DNA from: Octopus vulgaris
Lineage: Eukaryota
Direction: 5' to 3'
Assembly (NCBI GenBank): GCA_951406725.2
Contig: OX597814.1
Span: 56,172,001-56,236,000 of the forward strand
Length of the DNA stretch: 64,000 bases
Under the pieces are notes generated by a model, which was given only the letters and a program-made list of their open reading frames with translations, had not been told where the DNA came from and did no database searches. Position numbers and translations under genes: made by a program. Below are positions 25,261 through 37,702 of the stretch, one piece after another; positions within the stretch are counted from its first letter, which is position 1; each line of letters opens with the position of its first letter.

Positions 25261-27567
25261 TTAATTGACATGTAGTGCCTCACAAGCTTTTTCAAGCTAG
25301 AGACCATGGCTAAGAATCTCAGATGGATCATGATAATGCTGCTTGTGCTTTAAGGGATTAATTAGGATGTGAGAGCCAATGACCACAATATTCTTCAGAA
25401 GTGCAATGACCAAGCTGTTATTGACTTTGAAAGACATGTTTGACACAAATGTAAGTTGTCATCAGCTGAAGTAGAAGCTCCATGTTACTTGTCAACAGCT
25501 ACAATTGCAAAGAATCAAATCAGTTCCTCATAGTTTCAACCAAGTGTTGCTTGATATTTACAAGTAGTTAATTCCTGTTTATCACTCATTGATTATAGAA
25601 TATATTGGCTCATTGTACTGATATAATTACTTCAATCTTTATTTAAAGATGAGAAATGATGATGGTTTGTACACTTAAAATTGGTACATATGGACTTATT
25701 GATATATCTAAACATAATTAAATATTAAAATATTTTCAAATACTCTGTTTTCATGAGATTTTTTTTATTTATTTATTTCCAGTATAAAATATATTTATTA
25801 TGATATTGTTCACTTGTGACTCATAATGTGTTCTTATTTCTTTGTGATAAAACAAAACAAAGCTAGACTAAATAATCAGTATGTAGGCTGACTGTAATAT
25901 ATTATTATATATAAAAAATCAATATATATTCAACGAGATTATATATCCATAACAATGTCTTGAAATATAATCTGTTACCATATAGAATGACATATATAAT
26001 CTGTTTTTGTAATAATAATAATCATCATCATCATCATCATATGTCGATTTTCCACACTGGCATGGGTTCGATGGTTTGACTGAAAACTAAACTAGAGAAC
26101 TGCACCAGGTTCCAATCTGATTTGGTATGGGATTGGAGTATATACATATATATATATTATTTATATTATTATTTGATTGAATGCCATGCATCCATTTCCA
26201 AGTAAGTTTACATGTGTGTGTGTGCATGTGTACACACACACAACTGTATTGTGTATCTATGTATGTGCATCTGTTTTTGTATATAATATGTTGTTTACGT
26301 AATCTATTGCTGTATATTTGTTTTTGTTGACAAGCTTTAATAACTCTATGGCATAGATGTAGCTAGCAAACACTCAGAATCATTTGATTGAACAAATCTT
26401 TGATGAGAGGTATTTCAATCTTGACTAGCATGCCTTTTTACTGTTCAGAGCAAAGTGTCTCCCAGGCTACTTTATACTGTGACTCCTTTTTGTAAAATGT
26501 AAGGCATGAATTGAAGGAAATTTGGCTCTATTTGTAGCAAGTCAAGTCAAGTCATCATATATAGGCTCTTAGTGCTGATAGAGCCAGGCTGTGAGCTTTA
26601 CAGTTTTCGAGTTTGTGGCACCCCAGTTCTGTGTTCAAGTTATACTGGGTCAAAATATTTTTTATTACCTCCAGAAATGTCAAAATAAAGTCTAATAAGA
26701 TGCTAGGTTTGGTTACTTCATCTGTATCATCTTTCTTTACAAAACTGGCCATGTCACTAATCCAGAACAAATCCTAACCATGTAGTTAAATTTTCACGGA
26801 AGCGATTATCTATAAAATGAAGGTATTTTCCTTCGTAAATGAATAACCTATCTCCTCGTTAATCCACTATGAAATTCAGAATAGATTGTTCAATGCAGTT
26901 CCAGTTCAGAAATAGACTTAAAAGTGTTTTGAGATAAGAGTTGTCAGAACATGTGTTAAACGAAAAAGATTTCTCAAAATAAAATCTCTCTCAATATATT
27001 CCCTCATTCCCTCAGTTTGTGCATTTTCTTTTATATACTTTGCTTTTCTTATTTTGATCATACAACATTGAGTTGATTGATTGATAGAATTTTATAGATC
27101 TCCATCACAAATCCTATTGTAGATGGGACTCTGTATCAGAATACTATCAACTTATAAACATTATATGATCAGTTGAAAGAACATTTAAAAATATTTTGTG
27201 TGTGTGTGCGTGTAGGCATGTATCTTCTTTACAGCAAGACATGTTCCTGTCCCTCTATTTTAGTTTAACCTCACACCACCTGACACGAAGCCACTTCCCT
27301 CAATATCATTTCATCTCTCAGTTGATGGGACTTTGTCTTGCAAGTTGCTTGGAGACTTCACCAGTGCCAATTCCACATAAAAAGCACCCATTACACGCTG
27401 TAAAGTGGTTGGCATTATGAAGGGCATCCAGCTAGAGAAACTATGCCAAAGCTGACAGTAAAGTTTGGTGCAGTTCTCTGGCTTGTCAGTTCCAGTCAAA
27501 CCATCATGGAAAAAAGATATTGAATGATGATTATGATAATATATATATATCTATAATACATATATAT

Positions 27568-29245
27568 CTTTGACTGGGTCCCCCAATCCCTTATCTGGTG
27601 GGTGATGCAGAAAGTGAGGATTGACGAATGGTTAATAAGGGCTGTACAGGTCCTATACAGAGATGCCATTGGTAAGGTTAGGATTGGCAATGAGTATAGT
27701 GAAGAATTCCGGGTAGAAGTAGGGGTCCACCAAAGATCAGCCCTCAGCCCCCTCTTATTCATCATAGTTCGCCAGGCAATAACAGAGGAATTCAAGACAG
27801 TTTGCCCCTGGGAGCTCCTCTATGCTGATGACCTAGCCCTTATATTAGAATCACTACCAGAACTAGAGAATAAATTTCAGGTGTGGAAGCAAGGTTTAGA
27901 ATCAAAGGTCCTTAGAGTCAATGTCACAAAGACCAAAGTTCTAGTAAGTAGGAAGACAAACACACCACACACCCCTTCAGGTAAGTGGCCCTGCTCGATC
28001 TGTAGAAAAGGTGTAGGTAGAAACTCCGTAAGATGTACCCAGTGTAAGCTATGGACACATAAGAGGTGCAGCAACGTCAAAGGAAGATTAACTGGGAAGA
28101 CAGCTTTTGTGTGCAGCAGATGCACAGGGACAATAAACACCACAGATACTCAGAAAACAGATTCCATCACATGCCAGGGGGAGAAACTAGAAATAATTGA
28201 TAGCTTCCACTATCTAGGTGACCAAGTTAGTAGTGGGGGTGAATGCTCATAGAGTGCTACCACTAGAATAAGAATAGCCTGGGCAAAGTTCAGAAAGCTT
28301 CTACTCCTACTGGTGACAAAGGGCCTCTCGCTCAGAGTGAAAGGTAGATTGTATGGTGCATGTATGCGAACTGCCATGTTTCACTGGCCCATGACTACTG
28401 AAGACATGTGCAGGCTCAAAAGAAATGAAGCTAGCATGATCCGCTGGATGTGTAATGTCAGTGTGCATACAGGACAGAGTGTAAGCGCCCTGAGAGAAAT
28501 GTTGGACATAAGAAGCATCAGATGTGGTGTGCAAGAGAGACATTTGCATTGGTATGGTCATGTACTATGGATGAATGAGGAGAGCTGTATGAAGAAGTGC
28601 CACTCCCAAGCAGTGGCAGGGGTAGAGGGAGACTCAGGAAGACATGGGATGAGGTGGTGAAGCATGACCTTCAAACGTTGGGCCTCACAGAGGCAATGAT
28701 GAAAGACCGAGACCTCTGGAGATATGCTGTGACTGACAAGACCCGGCAAATAAAGTGAGTTCACAGCTGTAACCTACACCAGTGTTGCATAACCAGCCCA
28801 TTCAAAAAGTACCTTGGATCATAGGGCAACATGCTGTACTTGAGGAGACCTATTAAGTCAAGTACATCAAAATCAAATCAAATCAAACCAAAATCAAATG
28901 GAAATTGTAGTTGTGGTCTCCATGCTGGTAGCACGTAAAAGGCATCATCCAAACGTGGCCGATGCCAGTGCCACCTTGACAGGCTTCCATGCCAGTGGCA
29001 CATAAAAAGCAACATCCAATCATGGTCATTCTCAGCCCCCTCTGGCCCCTGTGCCAGTGACACATAAAAAAAGCACCCACTACACTCTCAGAGTAGTTAG
29101 TGTTTGGAAGGGTATCCAGGAGTAGAAACACTGCCAGATCAGACTGGAGCCTGGTGCAGCCTCCTGGCTTCCCAGAGCCCAATCGAACCATCCAACCCAT
29201 GCCAGCATGGAAAACGGACGTTAAACGATGATGATGATGATGATG
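27568..29245 (+). mobile_element. 5'-truncated RTE-clade LINE (RT with PHD-like insert, 3' UTR, (GAT)n tail), pseudogenised
   Basis: Motifs FDWVP, GVHQRSALSPLLF, ELLYADDL, FHYLGD, RIRIAWAKFR, SMIRWMCNV, WYGHV, with a stop at 28250 and indels. Tail aaaacggacgttaaacgatgatgatg. Confidence 0.9.
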
Positions 29246-29457
29246 AAGGGGGTACTGAAAAGTCCCTGGTTTTAAAGTTATCATGAAAGACCTGGTTGGA
29301 AGCCCAACCTTCTGAGTTCTTTTACAAGGCTTAGAAAAACTGAAGGATCACTGCAATAAGTGTGTGAATCTGAGAGGGGAATATGTTGAATAAAATCCTA
29401 ATTAACTGTTCCTGTTGTATTTTCTTTTAAAGCCAGGAACTTTTCAGCACCTCCTTG
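29244..29457. mobile_element. Mariner-derived MITE
   Basis: TIRs gaagggggtactgaaaagtccctggtttt and aaagccaggaacttttcagcacctccttg|TA. The internal aagtgtgtgaatctgagaggggaatatgttgaataa reads KCVNLRGEYVE*, a mariner transposase C-terminus. Confidence 0.8.
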
Positions 29458-30154
29458 TATACACATAGACAAACTCTTAATTTGAAGGTCAGTGCAACTT
29501 ATTTAGCAAATAATATATTGAACAGCCTAGTTGTCTGTTTCAGTTTAATATAAAAATTACTCAATATCTGTTAACACAGGATTGTTAAAATGTCATCAGA
29601 ATGTCTTTGTAAATCAATAATTTTGTCTCCTGAGTCTTTGTACTGTCAATGAAGTCTTTCACACCAATAATCAATGGTGTGTTTTTTGAATAGAATTCAT
29701 AAAAACAATAAATGTGTGATAGCTATTAAATTTGTTTTATCTCACGAGAATTTGTACAATCACCTTGTCATATCAAAGCATTTTTCATGATATTCTTTTA
29801 ATCTGTGAACATATAAAGTCAAGGTAAAGTCTATTCTTTCTTCTGGAGAAAAATTGGATGATAGAGTGAAACAAATATGAAAGAACTTAATAATTGCAAC
29901 GCTTAAGTATGTAATTTAATGTAATTAACATGAATTGTTAATGAACTAACTAATACATTTTACGTTTTGAACAAAAGCTTGTATTAGTTTAATTGCCATA
30001 TAAGCATCATTTGAAATGATGAACAATTAGAAAGATGTTGAGTGTTTAATGAATTCAAACTTTACAAAGAAAATAAAAAAATTACCTATTATCTAACCTG
30101 TTGCATAGTTTATATATATATATATATATGTATATATTTGTGTGTGTGTGTGTA

Positions 30155-30550
30155 TGTGGTTGCATAGTAAAAATTTTGTTTCTCAGCCACACAGTTCTGG
30201 GTTCAGTCCCACAGTAAGGCACCTTGGGCAAGTGTCTTCTACTATAGCCTCAGGCCAACCAAAGCCTTGTGAGTGGCTTTGGTAGGTAGAAACTGAAAGA
30301 AGCTTGTTGTGTATATATATATATATATCTGTGTGTGTGTTTGTCTTTGTGTTTATGTTTGTCCACACTGCCACTTGACAACTGGTGTTGGTGTGTTTAT
30401 GACCCTGTAACTTAGCAGTTCAGCAAAAGATATGGATAGAATAAATACCAGGCTTTAAAAAACAGTACTGGAGTTGATTCATTCAGTTAAAAATTCTCCA
30501 AGACAATGCCTCAGGATGGCCACAGTATAACAACTGAAACAAGTAAAAAG
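30155..30550 (+). mobile_element. tRNA-derived SINE, same family as 14-457
   Basis: Collinear match to 14-457. Confidence 0.8.
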
Positions 30551-31222
30551 ATGAAATGAAAGGTTTGTGTGTGTGTGTGCATACACGCATGTGTAAATAT
30601 ATTTTTATATATGTGTATGTGTATATATATATATATATGTAAATATACGTATATATATGTTTTGCTAAAGAACACAATACCATCCAGTCTAAGAATTGAA
30701 ATCATGATTTGGCGATTGTGAATGCAATGCTTTAACCACTAAGCCATGCACTTCATCTTACTTAGCTCTGTGATCACTTCAACACCTCACACGTAGTACA
30801 CCATGCACCTGTTTAGACAACCTTGATTTGTTGAGAGAGTGAGTTAATGTGTGACATGAGCATTTGATCCCTATAAAAAAATCATTTGTGCAGGATGTTC
30901 GGCAAATGTTGAATGCTGATGTGTTGTCTTCAACAGGTGAGTCCATCATATATATGTAAATATATATATATGTGTGTGTGTGTAAATATACATATATGTA
31001 TATAGGTTTAAATATATACATGTGTGTATCTCTTGCTGTCTGTCTATCTCTCTCTCTCTCCCTATATATATATATATATATATACCTATATATATGTATG
31101 TATATACATGTGAATGTATACATGTATATATATATTTAAATATATATATATACACACACATACACAGAAAGAGAGAGAGGGAGAGAGAGTGAGAGAGGCA
31201 CACACATATATTTATATTTATA

Positions 31223-32590
31223 CTAGCAGAAATACCTAGTGTTGCCTGGGTTAAAGAAAATAATGAAATTTGAAAATGCCATGTAGATTACGCAAGTCTC
31301 AACTGCTAGTAGCTAAGATACCAACTTTCTACATAACTCTGCAACCCATGCCATCATGGAACATAGACGTTAAGTGAAATGCGAAAAGCAAGTTTTCAAC
31401 TTATATATGTATATAAAGTAAATACATGTTTGTCTAACTTATTTCAAACCAAAAAACAGGTACAGATTATAAACAAGGAAAGGCTGTGTGTAGAGCACAC
31501 ATGCACACACACACACGCATGCACGCACGCACACACACACACACACACACACACAGCGAATATGTCACGTTATTGTTTCACTTTTATACACATTCAGATA
31601 TACATTCATGCATGTCACTTGAAAAGTGAAAGTGTAATAGTAATACTTGAAAACTCAATGGTTTTACACTTCTGTATATAATATGGACCTACTATTCATG
31701 TAAGTGCTTCTGTATATACTGTGTCTTCTGTCTTGCACTGTTTATCACTTGAAATGTAGAGGTCCTTTTCATCTCCAACTCTAGAACATCCAACATGCAG
31801 CTGACCATGTGAGAAGCAAGGTTGAAGGAGGTTAAGTCCCACCACCTTTAGAGATTGAACTTGTGCTTTGTTGACAGACATTGCAAAGCTAAGTTTGACA
31901 GGAAACTGCAGTCCCTTGAACTGAAAGGGGAGATCATTTGAGATGAGAGGTATCCTTGGAATGAAGACATTCTTGCCCATCATGTTGCCATGATGGAGAA
32001 GAGGTTTCTCAGCTGCATAGGTGATTTGCACATTTGTGCCTCTGTCAGAGTGGCATCCAAGTGTGTATCATCTTCCAGAAGACCTCTGAGATAGCAAGCC
32101 TGATGATATGTTTGACATACTGCGTTATCAACCATATGTAAGGCTGCAAATGATGTGGGTCACTTGACATGGTGTAATAGAAGTTTGAGATAGTAGCACT
32201 GTGAGTAGTTGGGATGGACAGCATAGACTCTGCCAAGTGTGTCTGATTTCTTGATTCCCAGATGATGGATGCTGCAAATGCATGTCTTTTCCATTTGTTT
32301 TGGTACCGGTTATAAAATTGTGGAACTTCATTGTATAGCAGTCTTGTAGCAAATTCATCATCGTGACAGAGCTTGAAGAATGCTGTGAGTGTGGTATTTT
32401 TGTGAGCTTCCATTTGTAGTTGGACTGTGTCTGTCAGTGTGCTGACTCTGAGATGAAGGCCAATGTCACGCTTGTCATTTCATTTGCTGTTGGCACATTA
32501 AACCTCCCTCCATGTTGACCAGATGGTTTCTTGTCTGATCTGTTAACTACCTTGTAATCCATGGAGTCAGGTGGAATTGTTTCAAGTGCA
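31223..32590 (-). mobile_element. Internally deleted Helitron with RepHel remnants
   Basis: PIF1-type helicase C-terminus VFIPRIPL...QFPVKLSFAMSVNKAQ..SL...CFSHGQLHVGCSRV; middle piece TTLTAFFKLC...GLLEDD; N-terminal piece DKKPSGQHGGRFNVPTANE. The 3' end has a hairpin cccaggcaacactagg and CTAG|T at 31226-31222. Confidence 0.9.
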
Positions 32591-32690
32591 GTATGTACAT
32601 ACGTACGTACATACATACATACATACATACAGACAGACAGACAACCAGCCAGCCAGCCAAATAGTTAGTCATGGGCAGACTATGACCTGC

Positions 32691-34133
32691 CTAATGATTA
32701 GCCATTTCTCATATAGTTTGCTTCCCAAAAAACAGTTATCCATGCCTAGTATAGAATATGAGATAAGTAAAAATGGTGGGGATAGAGTTTAAATATATAA
32801 AAGAGTAAAAATTAGTTGGAAAAGGTATTAGTGTTGAGGAAAAGAAGTAGGGAAAGTATCAGAAACTAGATGTTATCAAAAGAATATCAATGGGTATTAA
32901 ACTTATATGAAATGGAATAACCCTGTGCTGTATTCTTAATGTTTATGGAAATTTGAATGAAGGCTCAGCTTGTTTGATTTCGCAGTTAAATTTCTAGTGT
33001 TCAAATCTTAAATCTATGGATGTTGATAGCTTTGATCTTTGGAAGTAATAATTAACGATATTTTGACATCTTAATTGTAATACATTCTGGAGAAATCTGT
33101 ATGTAATTTAGAAGTTATGAATGAGATAAAACACTCTACAGAACATGTCCAAATTCATTTTGAATAACTGTTATACTTCTAGTGAGAAATTTATTCATTG
33201 AAATTTCTAATGATGTAATGTTTAAGTGATAATGCTAAAGATGAAAAGATGGCTCTTTTTATTTTGCTTGAAATTACTATACATTCAAAGATTGTATTTC
33301 AGATACATTTAATTACACTAAGTAACAAAATGTTTGCTACTATTCGATGAAATTGTGCTCATAGGTAATTTGGGAGCACTAATTCTGAATCTGCAACCAT
33401 TTTTACTTTAGTATGTCACGTTTTTATGCTATCATTATTATACTGCTATCAAAATTACAATAATGTGAAAATTCATGACACACATGAAGCGCCCACAGTT
33501 TATCTTGGTCCCCAACTTTTCACCCAAAGTAAAGCTTGTAAGCATTTAAAATTTTCTTTGTAAGCTTATTTCTCTGATCTTTTGATGTAAATTTTCCACA
33601 GACGTAACAAAAGCTGTCCGGGTGATTAACAAAAAACTTTTCTGCTCATCATAAATATGTACAGTAATAACCTAAATCAACACCCAAGGAAGCCTATTAG
33701 TAAACTAAAATATAAAATTAATCAACTGTAAATGTTACTGTAAAACATCAAAATATATTTCTCAGAAAAAAATCACTGAAATTATTATAGAATGTACTGA
33801 ATCTAGGGCTATCGCGAAACAATTTTTTCCATCTCTAAATTTCAAATATTGATCACTTTAATAAATAACTAAACTTACTACTAAACTACTTTTCATATAA
33901 CCTGACTCTCTTATTTTATGTACTTTGTTGTACAGTTATCAAGAAAAGGGAATCTGAGAGGCTTAATATAACCTAATATCAATAGCCTACAGTGAGGAGA
34001 ACTGTAAAAATCATCTAATGATTAGCCATTTCTCATATAGCCTGCTTCTCAAAAAATAGTTATCCATGCCTAGTATAGAATATGAGATAAGTAAAGATGG
34101 TGGGGATAGAGTTTAAATATATAAAAGAGTAAA
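32691..34133 (+). repeat. Two ~119-bp direct repeats (32691-32809 and 34015-34133)
   Basis: ctaatgattagccatttctcatatag...gagtttaaatatataaaagagtaaa occurs twice with about 5 differences. Confidence 0.85.
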
Positions 34134-35510
34134 TATATAAATATTTAATATAAAATATTAAATATAGATATTCAAATATATAAAACAGTGAGCTGAAAAA
34201 GTTTTAATAGCATGACAAAATTTTTTTTTGTTGCCCAGTGTTATTGGAAACACTATAAATAAATGATATCCTATAGATTTATCTTGGTATGAGTGGTTAA
34301 TAAGTTAACTTTGCAGTTACATGGCTACATAGTTTTGAATGTGACTCCATTATGTAGCACCACAGGAAAGGATCTTTGGCCATAACTTTGAGTTAATGAA
34401 GGTTTGGTGAGTGAAATTTGGTGTGTATAGCCTGTTGGAAGGACTGTTCTTGTGTTTTAATTATATATGTTGTCACTTGGAGTAGCATCATTACCTGGCT
34501 CTTGAGTACCTTCAACTGATTCCATTCTATGACCTCAGAATGACTTCCATTCACAAGGTTCAGAGTTCTTGAAAAGGATCATAGGTACTACCATTCCTCA
34601 TCAGACTATGCTATTAAAATATCCCTAAAATTTGGCCTTTTTTCTTTTATTAATTTCAGTTATTTCTACTGTCTAACTTTGATTCTATTTGTGGACTGTG
34701 ACATTTATCTATCAATAAGATACAAAGATTATTCTGCTTGCTACTTGAGGAAACAAAAAAAGAGAGCGGCGGGGAGAAAAGAAACTATTTGGCAGGGATA
34801 AGTCTGTAAATGTCTTTGTGTGAATTCATGCCAGAAAATCTTTGTATACTGAAATTGTATAACCTTTCCAGTTTTAGATGAGTGTATGGATTTAATTTCC
34901 ACATATTTACACACAAAGTTCACATACTCAGTATAGATGAAATGGTTTTTTTCCTGACACTTGAAGCTTATTTATGAGAATTTTTTATAAAATCTTATCT
35001 TCTGATCCTTTAATAGAAAATGAATCTTATAATAGCTGCTTCTGTATATAGAATACTTTGCTTTTTTTTTTATTTCAGTAGATTTACTGACAAAGCCAAT
35101 TAAAAAAACTTCTTGTACGTCTTATATTTAAAAAGTAAATAAAGTTTGAAAAATATCTAAATATTTTTCTATTATTATAGTTTTATCTATTAACCTCCTT
35201 TTCATCAAAAGGTAACATTCAATCTATAGCGTTTAATAACATAAATATCAGACTGAAAGAACTAATAAGAACTGGGATCAATACAATATGATTGGGCTAA
35301 AGAACCTACTGGTGACTCAGCCTCAACATGACCACAGTTCAATTTCTGAAATTGGTTTTTAAAAAAAATGAATTTTTAATTCCTTTACATTCTGTATCAT
35401 TATATTTACTTACTGTCAAAGCTATTTCAGTTTCCATTTCAGAAACATTTAATTAATTTTTTCCCTATAAAACAACTTTTACTTCATTTTACATTTCATA
35501 TATATATATA

Positions 35511-35878
35511 ATTTTTGGATTTGGTTTGCAAGATTCTTTATATGAGTTCATGTGTTGAAGCATATTCTGTTGTGTCTGGGGAGAGTCATTTTCTTTTTGT
35601 GCCTTATAATTTAAGACACTCGCTGGTAAAATTTCCACTTATTTCTCATTTTTCATTTTCCTAAAATTTTCGTTGTGTCTTGCAGCTTTTTAAAATTCTT
35701 TTTTTCCTAAAATTTTCATTGCGTCTTGCAACCTTTTCAGTAGTCTTGACTATTGAAAAGGTTGCAAGATGCAACAAAATTTTAGGAAAATAAAAATAAG
35801 AAATAAGTGGAAATTTTATCGATGAGTGTGTTAAATTATAAGGCACAAAAAGAAAATGACTCTCCCCAGACACAACAG
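35511..35878. mobile_element. Fold-back (palindromic) element between TA tracts, probably non-autonomous Penelope-like
   Basis: Arms 35567-35745 and 35748-35878 around a 2-nt centre; the left arm carries an internal ~45-bp duplication. A hammerhead-like motif lies next to the centre. Confidence 0.65.
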
Positions 35879-35916
<38 letters not shown>

Positions 35917-35918
35917 AA

Positions 35919-36250
35919 GGCACATGGCTCAGTGGTTAGAGTGTCGAGCTTATGATTCTGAGGTTGTGAGCTCGAATCCTGGACTAGGCTGCATGTTGTG
36001 TTCTTGAGCAAGACACTTTATTTCACGTTGCTCCTGTTCACTCAGCTGTAGAAATGAGTTGTGACATCACTGGTGCCAAGCTGTATAGGTCTTTGCCTTT
36101 CCCCTGGATAACACTGGTGGCGTGGAGAGGGGCAGCCGGTATGCATGGGCAACTGCTGGTCTTCCATAAACAACCTTGCCTGGACTTGTGCCTGGGAGGG
36201 TAACTTTCTAGGTGCAATCCTTTGGTCAGTCATGACCGAAGGGGGGTCTT
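35919..36250 (+). mobile_element. tRNA-derived CORE-type SINE
   Basis: A box tggctcagtggttaga, B box gagctcgaatcc, CORE-like cttgagcaagacactttatttcac...ctgtagaaatgag. A related minus-strand copy lies at ~50030-50225. Confidence 0.75.
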
Positions 36251-36669
36251 ATATATATATATATATATATATATATGGTTTTTGAACTGTTTAATATTTT
36301 CGTGTCTTATATACCAGTATAATCTTGTTTAAAGTGCAGGTATAAAACATAAAATATTAAATGTTGAAGATTGTTATCAACTTTAAAGGCTAAAAATGGT
36401 TAGCATAACTGTGACTAAGTTACAGACAGCACAAAAACCTAGTGCTATTGAGAAGGAAGTTGCTAGAAACTTAATGCTATAAACATATATAAAATATTCA
36501 GTCAGTTGTCTGGCAGATTAACAGCGACCAGTCATTTATCTATGCCACAAACACAGGTATGATTAATAGGTGAAATACCCATGAAAAATATGCCATGATT
36601 TACACACTTCACTAGAGTTAGTATCAACAATTTTTGCCTAAAAATTATAATTTTTGTACATAGTTATCT

Positions 36670-37070
36670 TAATCTTTTATCAGTTTACTTTTTTCAGTCA
36701 TTGGACTGCAGCCTTGTTGGGATATTATCTTGACAAGTTTAGCTGAACATATTGACCTTAGTGCTTGTTGTTTTTTTTTTAAATAGTGCTTACTCCATTA
36801 TTCTCTTTTGCCAAACTGCTAAGTTATAGGAATATACAAACTGGTTGTCAAGTGGTGGTAGTGGACAAACAATATGAACACACAGATGCGCACACATACA
36901 AATATATACATGTTGGGCTTCTCTCAGTTTCTGTCTACCACATCTACTCACAAGGCTTTAGGGTTAGCCCAGGGCTATAATAGAAGACACTTGCCTAAGG
37001 TGCTGCACAGTGGAACTGAACCCCAAACCAGACAGCTGGGAAGCAAGCTTCTCACCCACACTACCACACT
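36670..37070 (-). mobile_element. tRNA-derived SINE, family of 14-457
   Basis: Reverse-complement similarity. Confidence 0.7.
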
Positions 37071-37289
37071 TATGACTAGTTATAGTAAAAGTTTAGTAAG
37101 AGATGAGAACTGTTGACAACAAAGAATTTCTACATTTTCTTTCTTTGTTTGTATGGTGGTAAACTTCTAACACAAAAGATGATGATGATACATCCAATGT
37201 CACATAACCTGCAACTGATCCAGCATATGACATATGGGCTGCTGGCATAATATCCAAGCAACTTTCTCTTAAAATAATTATTTTATCTT

Positions 37290-37702
37290 CTATCTTTTAC
37301 TTATTTCAGTTATTAGACTGTGACCATGCTGGGGCACCATCTTGAAAGGCTCTAGTCAAAGAAATTGACCCAAGGACTTTTTTTTTTTTTGGCTAGTACT
37401 TATTCTATTGGTCTCTTTTGAAGAACTGCTAAGTTACAGAGACATAGACACACTGGTTATCAAGTGGTGGTGGTGGTGGGGAAACAAACACAGACACAAA
37501 GCGAAAGAGAGAGAGACACACTCACACACACACACATACACATGATGGTCTTATTTCAGTTTCTTTTTACCAAATCCACCCACAAGTCTTTGGTAGGCCC
37601 AAGGCGATAGAATACACTTGCTCAAGGTGCCATATAGTGGTACTGTACCCAGAACCTTACGGTTGGGAAGCAAGCTTCTTACCACACAGCTTTACCTGCA
37701 CC
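37290..37702 (-). mobile_element. tRNA-derived SINE, family of 14-457
   Basis: Reverse-complement similarity. Confidence 0.75.

Noticed and set aside
35919-35990. tRNA gene
   Set aside because: A and B boxes are present but there is no proper acceptor stem, and it continues into a SINE body.
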